Source: Kiritimatiellia bacterium
Lineage (GTDB): Bacteria; Verrucomicrobiota; Kiritimatiellia; CAIKKV01; CAITUY01
NCBI GenBank assembly: GCA_044344495.1
Contig: JBIJCW010000003.1
Location: 1 to 39,585 of the forward strand
Direction: 5' to 3'
Length of the DNA stretch: 39,585 nucleotides
Shown: positions 1 through 7,814 of the stretch, piece by piece
Position numbering within the stretch: the stretch's first letter is position 1
How the letters are laid out: the number at the start of each line of letters is the position of its first letter
Notes under the pieces: generated by a model
The model's input: only the letters and a program-made list of their open reading frames with translations
Database searches by the model: none
What the model was told of the DNA's origin: nothing
Translations under genes and position numbers: made by a program

Positions 1-608
1 TCCGGATAGGCTTCACTGGCCTCCTCAGGATGGAATTGCACACCATAGATCCGCTTGCGCCGGTGAACAAACGCCTGCACACGACAATCCCGCGAACTGG
101 CCAGCAACACCAGGTCCTTACCAAGCCGCTTGAGTTCACTCCGGTGGAACTGTTGCACACGGATTTTCCCGCCGAGCCCGGCAAAAAGAGGGTCATCCTG
201 CACTACGTTGACCGTATAAACCCCCCACTCCTTGTACTCGCCCGCATGGTATTTCGGATTATGGTCCGGTTCGTCATTCCGGATCTTGCGCATCAAACCC
301 AACGTACCCCCATGAAAATAGCCAATCAATTGATGCCCGCCGCAAATGCCCAACTGCGGAATGGCCGATTTCAACACCACCTCACGATAACCCGCCGACC
401 GACGGATGTCATAGTCCTCAAAAGGCGTCGACACACCACTGTGACAAATGGCCCATGGCTTCAACTCGCGTAACACCTTCAGACTCACCTGCTTGTAGTG
501 GAGCACCAGACAGAAATCACCCGAGGTTTCTTCCAGCGCCAACTTCTGCGCCTGCCAGTTCCCCACCTTGTACTTTTCCGCCGTCTCCGTGACGATATAC
601 AGGATCAT
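1..608 (-). CDS. Class I glutamine amidotransferase (GMP-synthase-subunit-A / gamma-glutamyl hydrolase-like), 3' end runs off the window
   Basis: Not in the ORF track. Manual translation from ATG at 608 gives MILYIVTETAEKYK..., the nucleophile elbow PQLGICGGHQ and IYGVQFHPE (Cys-His-Glu triad). GGGAG lies upstream. Confidence 0.85.
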   Translation of the reverse strand, partial: MILYIVTETAEKYKVGNWQAQKLALEETSGDFCLVLHYKQVSLKVLRELKPWAICHSGVSTPFEDYDIRRSAGYREVVLKSAIPQLGICGGHQLIGYFHGGTLGLMRKIRNDEPDHNPKYHAGEYKEWGVYTVNVVQDDPLFAGLGGKIRVQQFHRSELKRLGKDLVLLASSRDCRVQAFVHRRKRIYGVQFHPEEASEAYP

Positions 609-670
609 GACGCTCGTTCTCCCGTTGACACTGAATAACAAAGCGGCAATTATGAGCCATCAACCCATCT

Positions 671-1816
671 TTGACCAGTCTGTTGAAAACGTATCCACAT
701 CTTCGATGCTTCATGGGCCTCACCGGACTTTGGCTGCTCTTTGCCCCCACTGCCGCCCATGGGGCCCCCGAACGCTTCGCCCGATTTTCAACCCAACCAA
801 CCCGCCTCTATGCCGGCCAGTTATTCGACCTCACCCTTGCCATCTACATCACGGGCGACACCCTCGACAAATCCATCACCATCTCCGGCATGCCCCCGCC
901 GAACGCCCTCCACTGCAATCCCTTCCAGGAGCTTCCCGTCCAACAGGAAGCCGTGGAGGACCGCCTCTATGAAGTCCGCCGCTTCCGTGCCCGCTCCATG
1001 GCCCCCGCCGCCGGCCCCCTTGTCATAGCCCCCACCCTACAAGGCACCCTCCTCCGGGAAACCCGCTCCTATTTCTTTGTACAGCGCCAGACCTTCCCGA
1101 CCGCCTTTTCCACTGAACCCTTCGTCCTGACCATACTCCCGCTCCCGACCCAGGGCTGCCCACCGACTTTTTCAGGAGCCATCGGCGATTTCCGCCTTGT
1201 CGCGAAAGCCAGCCCGGTTGACATCGCCGTTGGCGATCTCGTCACCATTGAAGTCGTCATCGAAGGCATTGGTCTGCCTGAAGCACTCACCCCACCCACT
1301 CTGCCTCCCGTGAATGGCGTTAAAGCCTACGAGGTAAAACCCGTCCCTGCTGAAGACTCCGCATCGACCCGCACGTTCCGCCAAACCGTCGTCCCAACAG
1401 ACCCCTCCGTCTCCGCCTTGCCGGCACTGTCGTTTACCTTCTTCAATCCTCGCACCGGCCAGTACGAGACAAAAACCGTCGGCCCCTTCCCACTGACCTT
1501 CCACGCCGAACGCGCCCCTATCCAATCCGTCTACACGCCACGCACTAACGCCACCAGCACCCCGCCACCCCAGCCTCCAAACACTGTTTCTCCCGAAATC
1601 TGGAAACGATTCCTTCTGCGCTTTGTCCGTACCCCCGCCGAACAGATCAACGTTCCGCGGGACACGGAAGTCCGCCTGGCCCCGACGATGGGCGCCATCG
1701 TCCTCTTCACGTTGAAATACGATACTGCCGCCAAGGTGGAATCCCGCTCGGAAGATTGGACCCGTATCGAGTCACCCGAAGGCACGGGCTGGATCCACAC
1801 GCCTCCCGGCCCTTAA
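671..1816 (+). CDS. BatD-family exported protein with C-terminal SH3b-like domain
   Basis: Signal-like N-terminus, LPLP..GCPPTFSGAIGDF and LPALSFTFFNPRTGQY BatD-like motifs, C-terminal WTRIESPEGTGWI. Start may be ATG 713. Confidence 0.75.
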   Translation: MTSLLKTYPHLRCFMGLTGLWLLFAPTAAHGAPERFARFSTQPTRLYAGQLFDLTLAIYITGDTLDKSITISGMPPPNALHCNPFQELPVQQEAVEDRLYEVRRFRARSMAPAAGPLVIAPTLQGTLLRETRSYFFVQRQTFPTAFSTEPFVLTILPLPTQGCPPTFSGAIGDFRLVAKASPVDIAVGDLVTIEVVIEGIGLPEALTPPTLPPVNGVKAYEVKPVPAEDSASTRTFRQTVVPTDPSVSALPALSFTFFNPRTGQYETKTVGPFPLTFHAERAPIQSVYTPRTNATSTPPPQPPNTVSPEIWKRFLLRFVRTPAEQINVPRDTEVRLAPTMGAIVLFTLKYDTAAKVESRSEDWTRIESPEGTGWIHTPPGP

Positions 1817-2517
1817 AGCCCCCTCAACCCGTCCTTCTTGCGTGACGCTTTGGCGCGCTCGGCGGCCATGTAGTCAGCCCAGGCGGCAATGGCCGGCACC
1901 GCATCGCACGAACACAACGCAACTCCACCTCCGATGCGGAAAGCAAACTCCTTTGACCCGTTGTGGGCAATATCCTTCGGAGCAGAGCCATTCATCACCC
2001 TCTTGTGGGGCGGATACAACACTTCATAGGCTTGCTTCACAACCGAAGACGCCGAATTTCGATTCTTGGTCGTGGGGGTAAGCATGCCGCCAAGGGCAAT
2101 CACCTTGTCCGGGCGTCCCACCAACGATGGCGGAGGCGCATAATCCTCCCATCGCCCGGGCATCATCCCCAACAGGGTCGCCTGCTCGTTCGTGGTGATC
2201 TCGCCTGCCGGCAAGACCACGGACCGCCCTTCAGCCTGCACAGGGGCCGGCGGTTCAGACTGTACCTCGGGACGAAGCCGGGAATAGATCACCAGCCCAC
2301 ACCGCGCGTCCTGACCGGTAGTCCTGACAAAAAAAAGACTGACGGCAATGTCATCCTTCATGTAGACATCCACACCCGTCAGATTGCCGATACCCGGCAA
2401 ACTCGCGATGGCCTGGCCATACCGATCCATGCATTCCAATTTGGTTTCGCCCAGGCGCGCCCAGGCGGTAACGGAAAGAGCCATCCAGAGAAACACGATG
2501 CTTGTTTTCGTATTCAC
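1813..2517 (-). CDS. Hypothetical exported protein
   Basis: Signal peptide (IVFLWMALSVTAWA) followed by RLGETKLECMDRYG. GTG start at 2517 chosen, track ORF extends to 2550. Fills the gap between batD and pdxA. Confidence 0.65.
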   Translation of the reverse strand: MNTKTSIVFLWMALSVTAWARLGETKLECMDRYGQAIASLPGIGNLTGVDVYMKDDIAVSLFFVRTTGQDARCGLVIYSRLRPEVQSEPPAPVQAEGRSVVLPAGEITTNEQATLLGMMPGRWEDYAPPPSLVGRPDKVIALGGMLTPTTKNRNSASSVVKQAYEVLYPPHKRVMNGSAPKDIAHNGSKEFAFRIGGGVALCSCDAVPAIAAWADYMAAERAKASRKKDGLRGL

Positions 2518-2676
2518 TCCTTCGTTTCCTATCACACGCTTCCTCACCACCGCAACCAGAAAAGATTCTCACACCCATTCATAATGCACCAGTCACGGCC
2601 CACACCGCCCGTTTCAGGCGCCCCTCATAACGCCGCTCTTGACTCTAATGGCTATTTTTATGACAAGGATACTGCC

Positions 2677-3699
2677 ATGACCACCACAAACCGACAACCG
2701 ACCGCCCCTTCCCGCCCCATCATCGCCCTTAGCATGGGCGATCCGGCCGGTATCGGCCCCGAGTTGTGCCTCACCATGCTGACCGATCCAACCGTTCTGG
2801 CCGCCTGCACCCCTGTCCTCTTCGGTGACGCCACCCTCCTGACGCAAGTCGCCAAAGCCACCCACATCCCCATCCGCCATCCAGTGATCCCATTCAAGGA
2901 ATGGCCCGGCGCCTGCAACCATCAGGCCTGCATCGTCGACATGGACTGCCTGGCAGGCCAAATTATCACCCCCGGTCAAGGCTCCGCCGCCTCTGGCTCC
3001 GCCGCCCATCGTTGCGTAGTCACCGCCGCCACCGAGGCCATCTCCCGCCGCGTCAACGCAATCGTCACGGCACCTCTCAGCAAAGAGGCCCTTCATCTCG
3101 CCGGTGTCCCCCATCCCGGTCATACCGAACTCCTCGCCGCCCTCACCGGAACCCGCCACTACTGCATGATGCTCAGCTCGGAGCCCATCACCACCACCCT
3201 CGTTACCACTCACACCGCTCTTGCCAAGGTACCCACCCTGCTGACACGGGACCGGATCTTGACCGTCATCCGTTTGACCGCCGCCGCCATGAAGACCATG
3301 CGGGGATCAAGCCCCCGTCTGACCGTCTGTGGCTTCAACCCGCATGGCGGCGAAAACGGACTCCTGGGCACCGAGGAACGCGACATCATCGCCCCGGCAG
3401 TCTCAATGGCGCAATCCGAGGGATACCTGGTCGAGGGCCCCCTCCCTCCAGACACGGCTTTCCTTCCCGCGCCCCTCGGCCGCACCGACGCCTACGTCTG
3501 CATGTATCATGACCAGGGGCTCATCCCTTTCAAAATGCTCGCCTTCGAAACCGGCGTGAACATCACCCTCGGCCTACCCATCATCAGGACCTCCCCCGAC
3601 CACGGCACCGCCTTCGACCTCGCCTGGACGGGGCGTGCCAACCCCTCCAGCATGCGAGCCGCCATTCTCTGCGCCATTCGCCTGGCTTCCTGTCGCTAG
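2677..3699 (+). CDS. pdxA: 4-hydroxythreonine-4-phosphate dehydrogenase (PdxA/PdxA2 family)
   Basis: Motifs MGDPAGIGPE, PGHTE, NPHGGE, YHDQG, RTSPDHGTAFD. True start is ATG 2677 inside the long track ORF 1963..3699. Confidence 0.93.
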   Translation: MTTTNRQPTAPSRPIIALSMGDPAGIGPELCLTMLTDPTVLAACTPVLFGDATLLTQVAKATHIPIRHPVIPFKEWPGACNHQACIVDMDCLAGQIITPGQGSAASGSAAHRCVVTAATEAISRRVNAIVTAPLSKEALHLAGVPHPGHTELLAALTGTRHYCMMLSSEPITTTLVTTHTALAKVPTLLTRDRILTVIRLTAAAMKTMRGSSPRLTVCGFNPHGGENGLLGTEERDIIAPAVSMAQSEGYLVEGPLPPDTAFLPAPLGRTDAYVCMYHDQGLIPFKMLAFETGVNITLGLPIIRTSPDHGTAFDLAWTGRANPSSMRAAILCAIRLASCR

Positions 3700-3724
3700 A
3701 TCCATAGATGACCCCTTGACACTC

Positions 3725-4600
3725 ATGAAAATCGATTCCATCACTGCCCTGCTCCTTGCAACTCTCCTTGGCGCCGGGTGCGGCAATCCGCAACCCACCC
3801 CTCCCCCGGTCACGGGCACCAAGGCACGCGTTGCCTCCCTCGCCCCCAGCGTCACGGAAATCGTGTATGCCCTCGGCGGAGCCGATCAACTCGTCGGCCG
3901 ATCCTCCGCCTGCGACTACCCCCCCGCCCTCGCCGCCCGCCTGCCCGTCGTCGGTGATTTCGGCGCCCCCTCCATGGAACGCCTTCTGGCCACCCGGCCG
4001 GATCTGGTCCTCTACACCGACCTCGCCGACGCGTCCATCCCCACCCGGCTGACCCGTGCCGGCCTCAACCCTGTCTGTATCCCCTGCGCACAACTCGACG
4101 ACATTCCCCCGGCCATCAGGACCGTCGGCCACCTGCTGGGGCGCGACTCCATCGCCACGAATCTTGCCTCCACCATGGAATCGCACATCGCCTCCTATCG
4201 CCGCCAGATCCCCCCGCCGGAACAACGCCCCCGCGTCCTCGTCCTCATCTGGAACGATCCCTTGACGGCCGCCGGAAATAAGAGTTTTCTTACGGAACTT
4301 ATCACGCTGGCCGGTGGAAAAAATGTGGCCGACACCATCCAGCGCGACTATTTTCAGGTCTCCGGGGAATGGGTCGTAAGTCGTGACCCGGATGTCATTC
4401 TCTGTTTCTTTATGGCAAGCACTGTACCCGCACGCGAAATGATTCTTAACCACCCCGGCTGGAGCGGCGTCAAAGCCGTCCGGTCTGGCCGGGTCTATGC
4501 CGGCATGGACAACAACCTGGTCCTCCGTCCGGGGCCGCGCCTGATTGAAGGCATCGAGACCATCCAACGCTGCCTGCGGGAGTCCCATGACAAGCCGTGA
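3725..4600 (+). CDS. Cobalamin/Fe-siderophore ABC transporter substrate-binding lipoprotein (BtuF-like)
   Basis: Lipobox LGAGC, RVASLAPSVTEIVYALG, CDYP, and RPGPRLIEG helical-backbone receptor motifs. Confidence 0.88.
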   Translation: MKIDSITALLLATLLGAGCGNPQPTPPPVTGTKARVASLAPSVTEIVYALGGADQLVGRSSACDYPPALAARLPVVGDFGAPSMERLLATRPDLVLYTDLADASIPTRLTRAGLNPVCIPCAQLDDIPPAIRTVGHLLGRDSIATNLASTMESHIASYRRQIPPPEQRPRVLVLIWNDPLTAAGNKSFLTELITLAGGKNVADTIQRDYFQVSGEWVVSRDPDVILCFFMASTVPAREMILNHPGWSGVKAVRSGRVYAGMDNNLVLRPGPRLIEGIETIQRCLRESHDKP

Positions 4601-5558
4601 TCGTCATTTTTATCTGGTCGTCGGAATCAGTCCCGCTATCCTCATCCTGTGCCTCCTCATGGGCCCCGCCGGCATCGGCCTGCCTGACTGGACCACGCAG
4701 CACGAGATCCTTCTCCTCCGGGTGACCCGCATCCTCGCCGGATTGATCGTCGGCGCCGCCCTCTCAACAGCCGGTGTTGTACTCCAGGCCATCCTGCGGA
4801 ATCCGCTGGCCGAACCCTATGTGCTGGGAGTCAGCAGTGGCGCGGGCCTCGGCGCCGCCCTGGCCATCCTCACCGGGTTCTCTGCCCTGGGCCCGTTCAC
4901 GCTTCCTTTCACCGCCTTTCTTCTGGCCGTCGCCACCCTGATCGCCGTCTACGCCCTGGCCTCGAACTCCGGCGCCACCCCGTCGCTCTACGGCCTCATT
5001 CTCAGCGGCGTCATCGTCAGTTCGGTGTGCTCCAGCCTCCTGATGTTCCTGGTCTCAGTGGCCCCGGTGGAAGGCATGCACAGTATTCTCTGGTGGATGC
5101 TGGGGAACCTGGACATCGCATCGAACGCCCTGCTGGCCGCCACCGGCGGCGTGGTGCTGGCAGGTTGCATCGGCATCTGGCTCCTCGCGCCGGAGTTCAA
5201 CGCCCTGACCCTCGGCCATGATATGGCCCACTATCTCGGCATCCGTGTCCGCCTGGCCATCGGCGCCGGTCTCCTCCTGGCCACCTTGATCACCGCCGCT
5301 TCCGTCGGCATTTCCGGATTGATCGGCTTTGTCGGCCTGGTTGTCCCGCATATCATGCGCAATCTCGTGGGTCCCGATCACCGTCGCCTCATCCCCGCCT
5401 CGGCCTTGGGCGGCGGCGCCTTCCTCGCCGCCTGCGACGCCCTGGCTCGCACCCTCCTGTCCGCCGAAATCCCGGTGGGTGTCGTCACCGCCCTCGTCGG
5501 GGGCCCCTTCTTCCTTTTCCTGCTCCGGAAACGCCAGAAGGACCAGTGGTTATCATGA
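4587..5558 (+). CDS. FecCD/BtuC-family ABC permease
   Basis: LRNPLAEPYVLGVSSGA, GLIGFVGLVVPH, EIPVGVVTALVGGPFF; very hydrophobic. Confidence 0.93.
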   Translation: MTSRDRHFYLVVGISPAILILCLLMGPAGIGLPDWTTQHEILLLRVTRILAGLIVGAALSTAGVVLQAILRNPLAEPYVLGVSSGAGLGAALAILTGFSALGPFTLPFTAFLLAVATLIAVYALASNSGATPSLYGLILSGVIVSSVCSSLLMFLVSVAPVEGMHSILWWMLGNLDIASNALLAATGGVVLAGCIGIWLLAPEFNALTLGHDMAHYLGIRVRLAIGAGLLLATLITAASVGISGLIGFVGLVVPHIMRNLVGPDHRRLIPASALGGGAFLAACDALARTLLSAEIPVGVVTALVGGPFFLFLLRKRQKDQWLS

Positions 5559-6841
5559 AAACCGCCCTCCACCTCAACCACGTCACCGCCGGCTACCGGA
5601 ACAACGCCGTGCTTCACGATGTTTCCCTGCAGGTCCTCGAGGGGGAAATGATAGGCATTCTTGGCCCAAACGGCGCCGGAAAATCCACCTTGTTCAAAGT
5701 TCTATCCGGCTGGCTCGCCCCTCAATCAGGCACCGTCTCCATCTTCGGGAATCCCATTCAACGCATCCCCCCGCAGGAACGAGCCCGCTACCTCGCCGTG
5801 GTTCCCCAGGAACTGGATATCCCCGTCCCCTACTCAGTCGAGGAAGTTGTCATGATGGGACGAACCGCCTCCATCGGCCGCCTCGCCAGCCCCTCCGCGA
5901 AGGACTGCCAGATCGCCGAACGTGCGATGGCCTACACCGATGTGGCCGACATCCGCCACCGCCCCCTGAACGAACTGAGCGGCGGCGAACGCCAACGGGC
6001 CATCGTGGCCATGGCCCTCGCACAGGAACCGCGCATCATCCTGATGGACGAGGCCACGTCCCGGCTGGATATCAACCATCGCCTGGAAATCATGCAACTG
6101 GTTGAACGTCTGAACGCCGAGAGCGGCGTCACCGTCATGATGATCAGTCATGACCTCCAACTTGCCGCCGAATTCAGCCACCGGTTGATCATGCTGGATC
6201 ATGGACGGATCGTCGCCGATGGACGCCCCGCCGGGGTCCTGACCGAAACCGCCCTGCGTCAGGTCTATCACTGCGACGTACGTGTTCATGAGGACACCCG
6301 CACCGGATCGCTCAGCATCCTGCCCGCCCCCCGGTTGCACGGCGGCAAAACCGGCAACGGCATCTCCATCCACGTCGTCGCCGGCGGCGGCTGTGGCGAG
6401 GAAACCTTACGCCGCCTGGCCCTGAGCGGCTATACCCTCACCGCAGGCGTCCTGAACCAGGGTGATCTCGATGCCGACGTTGCCACCGCCCTCGGCGCCC
6501 GGGTCGCCCTGGAACAACCCTTCTCCCCCATCAGCCCCGCGGCACTGGACAAGGCCATGGAATTGGTCACCGCAACCACCGCCGCCGTCCTGACTCCCGT
6601 CCCCTTCGGATCCGGCAATCTGGCCAACCTGGCTCTGCTGGAACGCATTCAAGCAGCAGGCCAGCCTGTCTTTCTGGCCACGGGAATCGAAACACGGGAT
6701 TACACACTGCACAAGGAAGCCGTCACCAGGGTTAACGCCCTCCTGAACCGGGGTGCAATCCCATGGCATGATGTGGCCGAACTCGCCGCCTTGCTTCCCC
6801 ACACCACCCCTCATCCCCCCGCCGTCTCCGGAAACAAATAG
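5555..6841 (+). CDS. Corrinoid/iron ABC transporter ATPase (BtuD-like) with C-terminal extension
   Basis: Walker A GPNGAGKST, LSGGERQR, ILMDE, SHD, then an extra domain IHVVAGGG...TAGVLNQGDLD...PFSPI. ATGA overlap with the permease stop. Confidence 0.9.
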   Translation: MKTALHLNHVTAGYRNNAVLHDVSLQVLEGEMIGILGPNGAGKSTLFKVLSGWLAPQSGTVSIFGNPIQRIPPQERARYLAVVPQELDIPVPYSVEEVVMMGRTASIGRLASPSAKDCQIAERAMAYTDVADIRHRPLNELSGGERQRAIVAMALAQEPRIILMDEATSRLDINHRLEIMQLVERLNAESGVTVMMISHDLQLAAEFSHRLIMLDHGRIVADGRPAGVLTETALRQVYHCDVRVHEDTRTGSLSILPAPRLHGGKTGNGISIHVVAGGGCGEETLRRLALSGYTLTAGVLNQGDLDADVATALGARVALEQPFSPISPAALDKAMELVTATTAAVLTPVPFGSGNLANLALLERIQAAGQPVFLATGIETRDYTLHKEAVTRVNALLNRGAIPWHDVAELAALLPHTTPHPPAVSGNK

Positions 6842-7749
6842 TCCAAGAACCGCCGGGCCACTTCCGCTCCCTCCGGCGGCGATATAGCCAAATCAGGACT
6901 TAATTCGATAATCCAGTGCCGCCCCGTCCTGGCGTTCACCAGAAAATCTATTCCAATGACCGGAATCTTCAAGGCTCGCACCGCACACCCAGCCACCCGG
7001 ATCAATTCACGCGGAACACGGTCGGTGACAATCTCTATTGTTCCACCCGTGTGATAGTTGGACGTCAACCGTACCTGCACACGCTGGTTCCGTCGCGGAA
7101 CATCACCCCAAGCCCACCCCAGAACCCTGAGATGCCGCTCGGTTTCAACATCCACCGGAATCATGTTGCTCCGATCCCGGACACGCGCCTCCCGGTTCCA
7201 CGCCATTACCAACCGCCTCACGGTGTCTACCCCGTTACCCCGCACTACCGCCGGCCTCCGGAGGATGGCAGCGACATAACGGTAATTCACAAAGATCAGA
7301 CGATAGTCCTCGCCCTGCACGCTTTGCTCCAGAATGATCTCCTCCTCAAAACGCTTCGCCATGTTCACGGCCTTGCGCAACTCCGCAACCGTACCCACGG
7401 CCACCGACACCCCGCGCCCGCCCCACTGCGTGCAGGGCTTGACGACGATCCGCCGGTGGCGCCTCAGGAAGTCCTCCGCCTGTTCCATCCCCACGAACAA
7501 TTCCTGATCAGGAACGGGAAATCCCCGGGCATGCAGGAAGTGGTTCGCCAGCCGCTTGTTCTGGGCCAGATGAAACGACACCGCACCCACCCGGTCGGTC
7601 AGCGAGTTGTAGCAACGGATTTCCCGCCCCCCATGCCGCAAAAGGAAGATCGGGGTACGCGACTCAATCACCCGGACAGCAATACCCCGCCGCCGCGCCT
7701 CGTCGGTGATCGTCGTTGTATAGATGCTCTCCATGCGACTATCGTACAC
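6811..7749 (-). CDS. Stand-alone ATP-grasp ligase, Ngg/cyanophycin-synthetase-like domain
   Basis: DEARRRGI, QNKRLANHFL...GFPVP, VVKP...GGRGVSV, EQSVQGEDYRL, SNYHTGG, IGIDFL, RFLDYLFP. Start may be ATG 7734. Confidence 0.8.
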   Translation of the reverse strand: MYDSRMESIYTTTITDEARRRGIAVRVIESRTPIFLLRHGGREIRCYNSLTDRVGAVSFHLAQNKRLANHFLHARGFPVPDQELFVGMEQAEDFLRRHRRIVVKPCTQWGGRGVSVAVGTVAELRKAVNMAKRFEEEIILEQSVQGEDYRLIFVNYRYVAAILRRPAVVRGNGVDTVRRLVMAWNREARVRDRSNMIPVDVETERHLRVLGWAWGDVPRRNQRVQVRLTSNYHTGGTIEIVTDRVPRELIRVAGCAVRALKIPVIGIDFLVNARTGRHWIIELSPDLAISPPEGAEVARRFLDYLFPETAGG

Positions 7750-7814
7750 TTTGTCTCTGTCCTGTCATTTCATAAATCTTGTTCCGAACCCCGGAACGGT
7801 GATATCAATGTGCC

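Noticed and set aside
30-473. Plus-strand 147-aa ORF and the many other long antisense ORFs in the track (e.g. 3584..4588, 6916..7884, 19116..20129, 38619..39416)
   Set aside because: They lie opposite genes with clear family motifs; long shadow ORFs are expected at this GC content.
1963-2676. Apparent 238-aa N-terminal extension of PdxA
   Set aside because: Overlaps a credible minus-strand gene and has shadow-like composition; PdxA homology starts after ATG 2677.
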